Positions 49,813-60,391 of a stretch of DNA of 64,000 bases are shown piece by piece; the stretch's first letter is position 1; the number at the start of each line of letters is the position of its first letter. The notes under the pieces are model-generated. The model searched no databases, was not told the DNA's origin, and was given only the letters and a program-made list of their open reading frames with translations. The position numbers were made by a program, and so were the translations under genes. Origin of the DNA: a plasmid; the sequence record NZ_CP028351.1; one strand, written 5' to 3'.

Positions 49813-50343
49813 ATGAAAAAGGTATCCATGGTTGCTATGGGTCTGCTGCTGGCAGCGGCACAGGTTAGTGCAGCAGAAGCTTCAGATGGCACAATTAACT
49901 TCACCGGCACCATTGCATCTCAGACCTGTACCGTAAGCGTTAACGGCGGAAGCAGTACTGCCACCGTTACCCTGCCGAAAGTAGCAGCCGGTGTATTAAA
50001 TGCGGCAGGTGCCGTTGCGGGCAACACTCGCTTTACTCTGGCGCTGAGCGACTGCTCCGCAACAACTGGCGATGTCTACGCTTACTTTGAGCAGGGCGCT
50101 GGTGTGAACGCCAATGGTCGCCTGACTAACACGGGTACTGCTACAGGTGTTGATCTGCAACTTCTGGACAGCGCTAACAACGCCATCAATGCAGGCAGCA
50201 CTGAACAGTCTACCGCTCCTGCAACTGTCGCTCTGACTGCAGGAGCTGGCACCCTGTCTTACTCAGCTCAGTACTATGCAACTGCTGCTGCAGAAGCAGG
50301 TACCGTTGCGTCAACAGTAAACTATTCAATCAATTACCTGTAA
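49813..50343 (+). CDS. fimbrial major subunit (type 1/FimA-like pilin)
   Basis: Signal peptide, a Cys pair (C..C) and a C-terminal beta-strand ...YSINYL. ATG 49813 has an AGGAAAG RBS. Confidence 0.85.
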   Translation: MKKVSMVAMGLLLAAAQVSAAEASDGTINFTGTIASQTCTVSVNGGSSTATVTLPKVAAGVLNAAGAVAGNTRFTLALSDCSATTGDVYAYFEQGAGVNANGRLTNTGTATGVDLQLLDSANNAINAGSTEQSTAPATVALTAGAGTLSYSAQYYATAAAEAGTVASTVNYSINYL

Positions 50344-50404
50344 TTGATTATGGTGAGGGCAATGCCCTCACCACTCTTCTCCTTTCATCACTTCAGTTAA
50401 TATC

Positions 50405-51142
50405 ATGAAAAAAAAAAGTTTTAAATTTTTGATCTCCTGTTTGCTCACTTGCGCAATGACTTCGTCTGCCTTTGCCAGTGTGACCATCATTGGTACCCGG
50501 GTAATCTACCCCGCTTCCGAGAAAGAGGTTACTGTTCGTCTAGATAATCGCGGCGATCATCCCGCGCTTGTTCAGGCATGGGTTGATGACGGAAATCCTG
50601 ACGAAGCAGTAGATAAAATAAATGTTCCTTTCGTTTTATTACCTCCGGTTTTCCGTATGGAGGCGAATAAAGGACAAACGTTACGGATTGTTTTTACGGG
50701 CGCCAGTCTGCCCACCGGCAAAGAGTCTATCTTCTGGCTTAATGTCCTTGATATACCTCCTCGTGATAAAAGTCTGGCTAATCAGAACCAGCTGCAAATG
50801 GCAATCCGGAGTCGCATCAAGATTTTTTATCGTCCAGTTCAGTTTGATACAGCCCAGGCCAATAAAGCTGCGTCAGGACTGGTATGGCGTCACGGTCAAA
50901 AACCTAATTTTCTTTCCGCAACTAACAACTCACCTTTCTACGTTAACGTCTCACAGATTAATGCAGAAGATAGCGCAGGTCATAAATTAGTCAGTGAAAA
51001 AGGGGAAATGCTGGCACCAGGCGAAACAAAAGAGTTCCCGTTGAAAGGCATGAGCACAAGTCAAATAAAAACAACATTTAAGTATCAGTATCTGGACGAC
51101 TTTGGTGCAGCACGTAAGGTTGAAAGCAAAATAAACGAGTAG
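50405..51142 (+). CDS. fimbrial periplasmic chaperone (PapD/FimC family)
   Basis: Signal peptide. Conserved blocks GTRVIYP, LVQAWVDDGNP and FWLNVLDIPP of the PapD-like family. Confidence 0.9.
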   Translation: MKKKSFKFLISCLLTCAMTSSAFASVTIIGTRVIYPASEKEVTVRLDNRGDHPALVQAWVDDGNPDEAVDKINVPFVLLPPVFRMEANKGQTLRIVFTGASLPTGKESIFWLNVLDIPPRDKSLANQNQLQMAIRSRIKIFYRPVQFDTAQANKAASGLVWRHGQKPNFLSATNNSPFYVNVSQINAEDSAGHKLVSEKGEMLAPGETKEFPLKGMSTSQIKTTFKYQYLDDFGAARKVESKINE

Positions 51143-51168
51143 CTTTTGATAATTATCCAGGGGAAATT

Positions 51169-53754
51169 ATGATGGCAAGGACGGTATTTTTTAATAAACC
51201 AACTGGCAAAACTTTTTATCGCTCTTTTTTGGCGCTGTTCCTGACCGCAGCAACTCAGTCAGCGATTGCTGAAACTGCTTATGATTTCGATGAATCATTT
51301 GTAAAAAATTTAGCTGGTGTAAAAGTAGACGTTTCCCGCTACGCAACTGGTAACCCCATTGATCCCGGCGTCTACACGCTGGATATCTTTTTGAATGGCC
51401 GTCAGATTAGTCGGGAGAATGTTCAGGTTGTGCGTGAGGGAGCAGGTACTAAAGCCTGTCTTTCTTATGATCTGGTAAAAAGCCTTTCCATTAAAGATAC
51501 AGTCTTCAGCTCTGAGCAAGCTGAAGAGTTACGTTCAGGTAAGCAATGTATAGCACTGGAAGATGTGGTTAAGGAGAGTCATGCCGCAATCAACTCCGCT
51601 GATATGCAGATGGACATCTCAATTCCACAGATTTATTTGCTGCGCTCAGCACGTGGCTATGTCGCTCCAGAATTCTGGGATAAGGGCGAAACGGCGTTAA
51701 CACTTAACTATGACACCAACTATTATCGCTCTGTTAACGACGGACGTGAATATGACTCTTTTTATGGCAGGGCGCTGGCAGGTTTTAACCTTGGCGGCTG
51801 GATGTTTCGTCATGATGGCTCATTAAGCTGGCGACGCCAGCAAGGTAAGGAGTCTCATCATTATAATGCCATCAACACCTATGTTCAGCGTGATATCCCG
51901 CAACTGAAATCACGCTTACTGTTAGGTGAAGGTAATACGAGTGGCGAGCTCTTTGATACCCTCGCTTTCCGGGGTGCGCAGATATCGACTGTCGATCAAA
52001 TGTGGCCTGATTCACAACGTGGTTACGCACCAGAAATTCGTGGCGTTGCACGTACTAATGCTCAGGTAACTGTATCGCAAAACGGTAGTAAAATTTATGA
52101 GACAACCGTTTCGCCAGGCCCCTTTAATATCTCCGACCTCTACCCTACCGGCTACGGTGGCGACTTAGATGTCACTGTAAAAGAAGCTGACGGCAGCGAA
52201 ACGCGTTTTTCAGTTCCTTATGCAGCCATGACGAGACTGAAGCGCCCGGGTATGACGTTCTACTCTGTGACGGGAGGTGTGTCGCGTAAAGACAACATGG
52301 CTTATACGCCTTCTGTTTATCAGGGCACCATTCAGCATGGCTTTACCAATAGTCTGACCGGTTATACCGGTGTGCTGGGATCAGACAACTATATCTCTGC
52401 GCTGTTAGGCGGTGCATTTGGGTTACCGATCGGCGCTATCTCTCTTGATATCACTGGTGCTCAGACAAAATATGGCGATGAGAAAAAGCAGGGTGTGAGC
52501 TATCGTGCGACCTACAGTAAAAAAGTTTCTCAGACTGACACTAACTTTACCCTCGCAGCGTATAGATTTTCGTCATCAGGCTATTACAGCTATGACAATG
52601 CACTGCAAATTAATAACTATTACAAAAAGAATAAAACCAACGGGACAAATTATCTCTCCCGGCCTAAACAACGCTTTTCACTGACTGCCAGCCAAAATTT
52701 TGGGGAGTCATATGGGAATATCTATCTTACTGGTTTCGTTCAAAATTACTGGAACAGCACCGGTACAAACACTCAATTTCAGTTAGGCTATAATAATAGA
52801 ATTGGTCGCGTGTCCTATACATTGTCAGCAAACCGATTATTATATTCAACCGGCGGGCATGACACGCAACTCTCACTCGACTTCTCTATACCACTTGGTA
52901 GTGAAAGTAAAAATTATGTAACTGGAAGCGCCACACATAATAAAGAGGGTGTAACTGCTCAAACTGCACTTAATGGTGTACTAGGTGAGAATGATCAATT
53001 TAGCTATAACGTAGGTGCTGCACGCGATATCGATAATAAAAAATCAGGTTCGATCGGTGGTCAATATCGCTCACCTTACAGCATGCTGACAGCAGCATAT
53101 ACTAAGGGTGAAAACTATTATTCAGCCTCGGCAGGCGCCAGTGGAACAGTTATTGCGTTACCTGATAGCATTAACTTTAGTGCTTATCAGTCGACAACGT
53201 ATGCTGTAGTAAGCGCCGATGATGCAGCAGGTGCCCGCGTGTACGGTTATCCCAACATAGTGCTGGACGGAAGCGGCAGAGCAATTGTACCTAATCTTAA
53301 TCCGTACAGAATAAATGAACTGGCGATTGATCCAAAAGGTATTCCACTTGATGTTGAGCTGGAATCAACTCAACAGCGAGTTATTCCTGTTGAAGGTGCT
53401 GTAGTCAGACTGGACTATAAAACCAGTAAGGGAAAACCACTTTTAATAAGGGCAAATCAGCCAAATGGCAATGCCTTACCATTTGGTGCATCAGTCAATG
53501 ATGAAAATGGCAATCTGGTGACTACTGTTTCACAGGGTGGTCAGATTTACGTCAGGCTGAATAAAGATGTCAGCCGTCTGCATGTTTCATGGGGGAAAAC
53601 GGCAAATGACAAGTGCCTGGTTAACCTTGAATCTGGTGCCGTTCAGTCCAGTGAAAATCAGACACTGGCGAGATTAACGACAACCTGCAGTAGCGATCAA
53701 GTGCAGCCGGTACGGTACGCATCTAATACCGACAATAAAGATACACAGGGTTAA
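51169..53754 (+). CDS. fimbrial outer-membrane usher (PapC/FimD family)
   Basis: 861 aa. Usher N-terminal, barrel, plug and C-terminal domains are recognisable (e.g. YDFDESFVKNL...GVYTLDIFLNG). Confidence 0.9.
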   Translation: MMARTVFFNKPTGKTFYRSFLALFLTAATQSAIAETAYDFDESFVKNLAGVKVDVSRYATGNPIDPGVYTLDIFLNGRQISRENVQVVREGAGTKACLSYDLVKSLSIKDTVFSSEQAEELRSGKQCIALEDVVKESHAAINSADMQMDISIPQIYLLRSARGYVAPEFWDKGETALTLNYDTNYYRSVNDGREYDSFYGRALAGFNLGGWMFRHDGSLSWRRQQGKESHHYNAINTYVQRDIPQLKSRLLLGEGNTSGELFDTLAFRGAQISTVDQMWPDSQRGYAPEIRGVARTNAQVTVSQNGSKIYETTVSPGPFNISDLYPTGYGGDLDVTVKEADGSETRFSVPYAAMTRLKRPGMTFYSVTGGVSRKDNMAYTPSVYQGTIQHGFTNSLTGYTGVLGSDNYISALLGGAFGLPIGAISLDITGAQTKYGDEKKQGVSYRATYSKKVSQTDTNFTLAAYRFSSSGYYSYDNALQINNYYKKNKTNGTNYLSRPKQRFSLTASQNFGESYGNIYLTGFVQNYWNSTGTNTQFQLGYNNRIGRVSYTLSANRLLYSTGGHDTQLSLDFSIPLGSESKNYVTGSATHNKEGVTAQTALNGVLGENDQFSYNVGAARDIDNKKSGSIGGQYRSPYSMLTAAYTKGENYYSASAGASGTVIALPDSINFSAYQSTTYAVVSADDAAGARVYGYPNIVLDGSGRAIVPNLNPYRINELAIDPKGIPLDVELESTQQRVIPVEGAVVRLDYKTSKGKPLLIRANQPNGNALPFGASVNDENGNLVTTVSQGGQIYVRLNKDVSRLHVSWGKTANDKCLVNLESGAVQSSENQTLARLTTTCSSDQVQPVRYASNTDNKDTQG

Positions 53755-53793
53755 TGGGGTAACATCATGTTTTTAATTTCAGGAAAGAAAGTA

Positions 53794-54828
53794 ATGCGCC
53801 TCATTGGCTCAGTTTCATTAATATTAAGTCTGATGCTGATAGCTACTTTCAATGTTAATGCAGCGGGTACCTCAACGGATGTGACACTGACGTGTAAAAT
53901 AACATCAAGTACATCGTTAGTTGATGTGAGCTCATTGGGCATTAATATTTCAGCAGCTGTGCCAGTGGGTACGATCGTTTATAGCGGCACGGCAACTGCT
54001 AACTTCAAATGTGCTCTGGATAATTTGCAGCAGTACTTAGATGGATTAAGCGGTGAGGTCTATTTTAAGCGCAAGGCGATTGACGCGAGTGCCCTGGGTT
54101 ATGGATTGACGTTATATACTGGCTATGGCGGAGAGATGAGTACCGATGCCGCAAGTATTGCAACCGGTATCATGATTAGTACTTATGCCTTAACCAGCGG
54201 TGGAACCGTGGGCACCTATACAGATGTCTCTCTCAACGTACCCTATCAGATTGTAAAGACCTCCAACTCTATGTCAGCATCGACTTCACTAAAGAGCTAT
54301 GTAAACGCTTTTGACGTTGGTTCGTTAGTATCAGGTAAAGATGTATCATTCAACTTCACTAATATTAAAACAGGTATCACAGTTAAAGATCAGACATGCT
54401 CAGTCGCCGGTGATACCAATCTGCCTGTGCCATTAGGTAGTTACACCACGAACCCTACTAGCGGTTTAGGATCAGGAATCGGCCAGACTAGCGCTACAAC
54501 CGCGTTTAATATTCAGCTTAACTGTGAGGCACTTCTTTCGGGTTCGTTTGATGTGATGATGCAGTTGGATGGTGATGCGTCTAGCGGATTATCGGATTTG
54601 GGTGTGGTGGCACTTAATTCGGCCTCAACTGCGAGTGGTGTCGGTGTACAAATCCTCAATGAAAATCAGCAGCCGATAGCACTCGCTACACCGTTTAACA
54701 TTGCGGCTTACCCGCTCTCATCTGCCTTAATCACAGTGCCACTCTATGCACGTTATTATCAGACGGCGACGAAAATAAATCCTGGCTCGGCCAATGCAGT
54801 AGCAACGTATACGCTTAGTTACCAGTAA
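53794..54828 (+). CDS. fimbrial tip adhesin (two-domain, FimH-like architecture)
   Basis: Signal peptide. ~340 aa, a length consistent with lectin plus pilin domains. ATG 53794 (AGGAAAG RBS) is preferred over the track start 53767. Confidence 0.7.
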   Translation: MRLIGSVSLILSLMLIATFNVNAAGTSTDVTLTCKITSSTSLVDVSSLGINISAAVPVGTIVYSGTATANFKCALDNLQQYLDGLSGEVYFKRKAIDASALGYGLTLYTGYGGEMSTDAASIATGIMISTYALTSGGTVGTYTDVSLNVPYQIVKTSNSMSASTSLKSYVNAFDVGSLVSGKDVSFNFTNIKTGITVKDQTCSVAGDTNLPVPLGSYTTNPTSGLGSGIGQTSATTAFNIQLNCEALLSGSFDVMMQLDGDASSGLSDLGVVALNSASTASGVGVQILNENQQPIALATPFNIAAYPLSSALITVPLYARYYQTATKINPGSANAVATYTLSYQ

Positions 54829-54883
54829 TCAGCAGGGCTCTGCGGAGCCCTTCTTCACATTTATCTACAGAAAAGGATTATCT

Positions 54884-55546
54884 GTGAATAAACCTAAGCA
54901 AAAAAATAAGCTCAGGCTTGGTGTATCAGATGAAAGTCCATTTATTTTTTACTCCATCCAAAACATACTGGTAAAGGAGTTTTCAGAACTTGATATTATT
55001 TCTTATCCGGTTGAAGCTGATCATTTGCTGTCTGTTATCAGAGAGGATATGCCAGATATATTAATAACGGACTTCTGCTTTAATTTTGAGCGTAACGATG
55101 TTAATGGCGTGAAAAAAATAGAACAGATACATAAGAAAAACCCGGACTTAAAAACTATTATTTTTACTGCACAAAACAGTCAGGCTATTTTGAAAAGTAT
55201 ATTGCAAATCCCGGTTAATGCCATCGTACACAAGCGAGACGACATTCGTGATTTGGTCAAAGCATTCAATTGGGTTTGCTCATCCAATACAGGAATATAC
55301 TACTCAGAACAGATGAAGAATTTAATGCTCTCTGCACCCGCAGATCCGGCACAAACACTTTTGTCGCCGTCAGAAGTAGAGGTCATTCGATTATTCGCCA
55401 TTGGATATAGCCTGATGGAGATAGCAAAAGCACGTAAACGTAGCATAAGCACCGTTGCAACACAGAAATACAACGCCATGCGTAAGCTACAGCTGCAATC
55501 AAACACAGATTTGATTAAGTATGTTTTTGCACAGGAACTCATTTAA
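54884..55546 (+). CDS. FimZ-like NarL/FixJ-family response regulator (LuxR HTH)
   Basis: Receiver-like N-domain (DILITD acceptor region) plus a C-terminal LuxR HTH. GTG start. Confidence 0.7.
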   Translation: MNKPKQKNKLRLGVSDESPFIFYSIQNILVKEFSELDIISYPVEADHLLSVIREDMPDILITDFCFNFERNDVNGVKKIEQIHKKNPDLKTIIFTAQNSQAILKSILQIPVNAIVHKRDDIRDLVKAFNWVCSSNTGIYYSEQMKNLMLSAPADPAQTLLSPSEVEVIRLFAIGYSLMEIAKARKRSISTVATQKYNAMRKLQLQSNTDLIKYVFAQELI

Positions 55547-55582
55547 TCACCTGGCACAAAATTTTTATATACAGCGAAAATC

Positions 55583-56905
55583 ATGAAATTTCATAATCAG
55601 AACATTGCATTACTGGCACTAACCTGTACTCCATTTTTCACATCTGCAACCAACCTGCAGCAAGCTGCTCAGGCTGCATTGAGCTATGACTCAGCATTAC
55701 AATCCAGTCAGATGACCAGTTCAGCAGATAAACAAAAATACTGGCAAGGCATGGCCGGAATGTTGCCAACATTAACTCTGGAAGGAAACTGGGATCGTCA
55801 GGAACAGCCTGATAAGAAATATCAGAGTGGGGTAACCAACCACAGTTACGATCTCAGCGTCAGACAACCGCTATTTGATATGAGTAAATATGCCGGATGG
55901 CGTAAAGGTGTTGCTATTGCCAACACTGCTGAAGCACAGGCAAAACAGGCTGAAGAGAAATTACTTAGCGCTATTAGCAATGCTTATTTTACAGTGCTTT
56001 ATCAGCAGGAAGTTTTACAGGCCGCCAAAGCCGCCAGCCATAACTTTAGGCAACAAGAGCAAAAACTTCAGACCGGGTTAATCAATGGGCAGAATACCCG
56101 CACTGAACTGGACGAGGCAAAAGCTAACTACGCTCTGGCACAGGCTAAGGAAATAGAAGCTGGCAATCAGCTATTGCTGGCAGGCGAGGCATTTCGCCGT
56201 TTATCAGGTATCAGCCCGGACACTGTAGAACCAGTGAATTTTCAGTGCCTGAAAGCATCGCCTTATTCTTCTCTGACCGATGCAATTAATGCCAGCCAGC
56301 AGCGTAATACTGATATTAAAATTGCGCTTTTTCAGAATGATCAGGCAGACGCAGATGTTCTTGCGGCTGACGGCGCACACATGCCAGTGGTCTCGCTCTA
56401 TGCGAGATACGGCAAGAACTGGAGTCGTAATGACGACGACGACAATATCCTGTATGACGCAATCTTCGGGACGAACTCAAAGAGTAATAACCTCCAATAT
56501 GGCGTAAACGTTTCTGTTCCATTGTTTGCCGGCGGCAGTCAGGTTTCACAATCCTTTGAAGCAGCTTATCGTCGTCAGGCAGCAAAGTATTCCACGATGG
56601 AAGCACAACGCAAGGCGGCAACCGATACCCGTTCTGCCTGGCTTAGCCTGACCAATGGCAAAGCCTTAATCAGTGCTCAAAAGAATGCCGTCGACTCAGC
56701 ACGTGAAAAAGTGGTGTCGGTCCAGTATGGCCGTGAAATGGGCTTTCGCACCGTTAATGATGAACTGGATGCTCAGCAAAAATATTACACCGCACTCAAA
56801 GATCAGGCTGAAGCACGCCTAAGTTATCTCAATGCCCTAATCAATCTGGCGCAAAGCACTGGATCGTTATCGCTCGACATGCTGAATTTTTTTCAGTGCC
56901 GTTAA
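55583..56905 (+). CDS. TolC-family outer-membrane efflux protein
   Basis: Signal peptide. Two OEP repeats with coiled-coil segments. 440 aa. Confidence 0.85.
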   Translation: MKFHNQNIALLALTCTPFFTSATNLQQAAQAALSYDSALQSSQMTSSADKQKYWQGMAGMLPTLTLEGNWDRQEQPDKKYQSGVTNHSYDLSVRQPLFDMSKYAGWRKGVAIANTAEAQAKQAEEKLLSAISNAYFTVLYQQEVLQAAKAASHNFRQQEQKLQTGLINGQNTRTELDEAKANYALAQAKEIEAGNQLLLAGEAFRRLSGISPDTVEPVNFQCLKASPYSSLTDAINASQQRNTDIKIALFQNDQADADVLAADGAHMPVVSLYARYGKNWSRNDDDDNILYDAIFGTNSKSNNLQYGVNVSVPLFAGGSQVSQSFEAAYRRQAAKYSTMEAQRKAATDTRSAWLSLTNGKALISAQKNAVDSAREKVVSVQYGREMGFRTVNDELDAQQKYYTALKDQAEARLSYLNALINLAQSTGSLSLDMLNFFQCR

Positions 56906-56930
56906 TCCCTTAATCATGATGAATCTATAA

Positions 56931-58190
56931 ATGGAACAATCACTCTTTCGTCAGGAGGCGCTTGATGCCGCTAATCGGGGTAACCTGGGCATCGTAGCAC
57001 TTTATTGTCCGCCCTATCGCTGGCTTGTTATTTCTGTGGTGATTTTTATTACTGCCGTTACAACCCTGTTTTTCATTTTCGGCAGCTATACGAAATATGA
57101 ATCTTCTACCGGAGAACTGCTGCCTGAGAATGGCATGTTAGTCGTTCCTCCTCCTGTAAGCGCAACCGTGGTGGATATTCCGGTTAAAGAGGGACAACTG
57201 GTCAAAAAAGATGATGTTCTTATGGTGTTGTCATCCGAAGTCTCAACACAGATGGGACAGACACGTCAGGTTATCGCCGAAAATCTGGTGGCTCAGCGGG
57301 AACGACTTCAGCAGGATCTTCAGACGCTTGCCAAATTGCATGACGTCGAAATGAAAGGGTTATCCGACACCATCGCCAGTCTGAAACTCCAGCAGGAACA
57401 GCTGAGACTTCAGCTGTCACACCGCCGCAAACAGGTGGCGTTAGCGAAATTGCAACTGGATAAACTCAACGCTATGCATCTGGAGGGGTACGCCTCAAAC
57501 CGTCAGCTGGAAGAACAGGAATCCAATCTGCTCGACAGCCAGGCACGTTACCAGGAGTACCAGCGTCAGCTGCTGGACACGTCGCAAAAAATTGTTCAGG
57601 CGGAGCAGCAACTGCATGAAAAGCCGCTGGATGATGAGAAAAAACGCAACGACATCGAACGGCAACTGGCAGATAACCGTCAGTCAATGGCAGAGAATGA
57701 AGCGCGCCGATCCATTGAGCTTCGTGCGCCGAAGAGTGGTTATGTCGGCATGATCATGGTCAAAAATGGTCAGATGCTGAACGCCGGTCAGTCGGCCATC
57801 GCGATTCTGCCTAACAATACCAACCTTGTTGCCCGCATCATGGTCAATACGCAATCCATTGGCTTTATCCAGCCAGGTCAGCGTGTCGTGCTGCGCTATA
57901 AAGCCTTTCCTTATCAGAAGTTTGGCCAACAATATGGCAAGGTGATCGAGGTCTCTCGAACCGCCCTCTCGCCTCAGGAAGTCACCACCTTAACCGGTAA
58001 AAACAATGTTCAGGAACAGCAGTACCGGGTTCTGGTCTCTCTGGATAAACAAACTATTTCTGCTTATTCGCAGAATGAAAAACTGAAGCCTGGTATGGCG
58101 CTGGATGCCGACTTTATTGTTGACAAACGTCGTCTCTATGAATGGGTACTGGAGCCGATTTTCGCGCTGGGACACAAAATTTCTCTCTGA
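56931..58190 (+). CDS. HlyD-family membrane fusion protein, CvaA-like (microcin/bacteriocin exporter)
   Basis: N-terminal FRQEALDAxNRG, as in CvaA (FRQDALENRK). Single TM, a long coiled-coil and a C-terminal beta domain. Confidence 0.85.
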   Translation: MEQSLFRQEALDAANRGNLGIVALYCPPYRWLVISVVIFITAVTTLFFIFGSYTKYESSTGELLPENGMLVVPPPVSATVVDIPVKEGQLVKKDDVLMVLSSEVSTQMGQTRQVIAENLVAQRERLQQDLQTLAKLHDVEMKGLSDTIASLKLQQEQLRLQLSHRRKQVALAKLQLDKLNAMHLEGYASNRQLEEQESNLLDSQARYQEYQRQLLDTSQKIVQAEQQLHEKPLDDEKKRNDIERQLADNRQSMAENEARRSIELRAPKSGYVGMIMVKNGQMLNAGQSAIAILPNNTNLVARIMVNTQSIGFIQPGQRVVLRYKAFPYQKFGQQYGKVIEVSRTALSPQEVTTLTGKNNVQEQQYRVLVSLDKQTISAYSQNEKLKPGMALDADFIVDKRRLYEWVLEPIFALGHKISL

Positions 58191-58207
58191 TTTATAAGGT
58201 CTGTTCT

Positions 58208-60391
58208 GTGTTGTTATTAGAGAAACTCAATTTCAAATGGTTTAACCGCTTACCGATGATTCGTCAGTCACAGGCAGCGGAGTGTGGTCTGGCTTGTCTT
58301 GGCATGATAGCTAATTATCACGGCCATCAGATCGACATGATCACGTTACGTCGTCAGTTCGCTACATCGCTCAAAGGCGCCACACTGGCTGATGTCATCG
58401 CTATGGCACAACAGCTCAATATGACTTCCCGCGCACTGCGAGTGGAAATGGAAGAGCTGTCTAAACTGCGCATGCCCTGCATTCTTCACTGGGAACTGAA
58501 CCACTTTGTGGTATTGAAGAAAGTACGCGGCAATAAAATCACCATTCACGATCCCGCGCGTGGGATCCGCGAACTGACCTTTAAAGAAGCATCGACCGCC
58601 TTTACCGGTGTCGCGCTGGAGCTGGTTCCCTCTTCCACCTTTGAAGTAAAAGAAGAGAAAGAAAGCATCTCAATGATGAAGCTGGTGGGCAGCGTGACCG
58701 GGGTAAAGTCTGCCTTTGCTCAGGTGCTCATCCTCTCAATCGCACTGGAGCTATTCGGCGTCCTCGGCCCCTTCTTTATGCAATGGGTGATGGATATGGT
58801 GCTGGTTTCTGCTGACTATTCTTTACTGTCGCTGCTCGGTGTGGGCTTTATCATGATCGCGCTGTTTCAGACTATCGTTACAGCGTTGCGCTCATGGGTA
58901 ATGAGCTGGTTCTCAAGCCAGCTTAGTGTGCAGTGGACCATAAACGTCTGTCACCATATGTTAAAGCTGCCGCTGGAATGGTTCGAATCACGCCACGTCG
59001 GAGACATTCTTTCTCGTTACGGTTCGCTTAATACGATTCAGAGTACACTGACTTCCCGTTTCATCAGCACCGTACTGGACGGTGTCATGTCAATCGTTAC
59101 GGTAGTGATGCTTTTCATCTATAACGCGCAACTGGCGTGGCTGGTCATTGGACTTTTTCTCGCCTATGCACTGCTGCGTTTTATGGCCTACGATCCGGTT
59201 CGCCGCGCCAATGAAGAACAAATCATCAGCTCGGCCCGTACCCAATCGTCTCTGCTTGAAACGCTGCGTGGGATCCAGGCGGTTAAAACCAATAATAAAC
59301 AGGTACCCCGACTCTCGGCTTACATGAACTTTCTGGTGGATACCACCAATAAAGGCATCGTGATTCAGAAGCTCAACATCCTGTTCGGTTCGGCTCAGGG
59401 ACTGCTAACCTCAGTGGGCCGTGTGGTTCTGGTCTGGCTTGCTGCCCTGCAAGTTTTGGATGGCAACTTCTCTGCCGGTATGCTGACCGCCTTTATCAGC
59501 TTTTCAGATCAATTCATGAGTCGCGGTTCAGGTTTGATCAATGCCATCATCGATTTCCGTATGCTGAGAATGCATGGTGAACGCCTTGCCGATATTGTTC
59601 TGTCTGAAACAGAAGTCAGTTCTGAGGGCAATCCAGGTCTGGTTAGTAAGGAAACCGACAAGGAGACAGACGTACCGCAGGATATCAAGCTTATCAATCT
59701 CCGTTTTCGTTATGCGCCGACTGAACCCTGGGTTGTCGATGGTGCAAATCTGGAGATTAAAGCGGGTGAAAGCCTTGCCATCGTGGGGCCATCCGGCCAG
59801 GGTAAAACTACGATGGCCAAACTTATTCTTGGCCTGCTACACCCGGAAGAAGGCACCATCACCGTGGGTGGCATGGACATCACTCAGACCGGACTTGAAC
59901 ATCACCGTAATCGCATCGGCTGCGTAATGCAGGATGACATTCTCTTTTCAGGCTCAATCAGCGAGAACATCAGCTTCTTTGATAACGAACCCGATCACGC
60001 AAAAATTACCCGCGTGGCCCGTCTGGCTCAGATTCATGGCGATATCATGAAAATGCCGATGAATTATCAAAGCCTTGTAGGTGATATGGGCTCGTTTTTA
60101 TCAGGTGGCCAGCTACAACGTATCCTGCTGGCGCGCGCACTCTATCGCGAACCTAAAATCCTGGTACTGGATGAGGCCACCAGTCATCTGGATATCTATA
60201 ACGAAGCCCAGATCAACAACGCAATTAAGCAGATGATGATCACCAGAATCATCATTGCACACCGTCCGGAAACTATCCGCAGTGCCGATAAAATCGTCCT
60301 GTTAAATAACGGTAAGCTCAGCGAAGTCACGGCAGAGCAGTTATTTGGCCAGACAACAACCCATAATAAAACGGAGATTACCCATGGATAA
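58208..60391 (+). CDS. peptidase-C39 ABC transporter, CvaB-like (double-glycine leader cleaving exporter)
   Basis: C39 domain with catalytic Cys (QAAECGLACLGMI) and His (HFVVL). Six-TM domain, then Walker A GPSGQGKTT, LSGGQLQR and Walker B ILVLDEATSHLD. GTG 58208 is preferred as the start (it aligns with the CvaB N-terminus). The track ATG 58142 would overlap cvaA by 49 nt. Confidence 0.85.
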   Translation: MLLLEKLNFKWFNRLPMIRQSQAAECGLACLGMIANYHGHQIDMITLRRQFATSLKGATLADVIAMAQQLNMTSRALRVEMEELSKLRMPCILHWELNHFVVLKKVRGNKITIHDPARGIRELTFKEASTAFTGVALELVPSSTFEVKEEKESISMMKLVGSVTGVKSAFAQVLILSIALELFGVLGPFFMQWVMDMVLVSADYSLLSLLGVGFIMIALFQTIVTALRSWVMSWFSSQLSVQWTINVCHHMLKLPLEWFESRHVGDILSRYGSLNTIQSTLTSRFISTVLDGVMSIVTVVMLFIYNAQLAWLVIGLFLAYALLRFMAYDPVRRANEEQIISSARTQSSLLETLRGIQAVKTNNKQVPRLSAYMNFLVDTTNKGIVIQKLNILFGSAQGLLTSVGRVVLVWLAALQVLDGNFSAGMLTAFISFSDQFMSRGSGLINAIIDFRMLRMHGERLADIVLSETEVSSEGNPGLVSKETDKETDVPQDIKLINLRFRYAPTEPWVVDGANLEIKAGESLAIVGPSGQGKTTMAKLILGLLHPEEGTITVGGMDITQTGLEHHRNRIGCVMQDDILFSGSISENISFFDNEPDHAKITRVARLAQIHGDIMKMPMNYQSLVGDMGSFLSGGQLQRILLARALYREPKILVLDEATSHLDIYNEAQINNAIKQMMITRIIIAHRPETIRSADKIVLLNNGKLSEVTAEQLFGQTTTHNKTEITHG

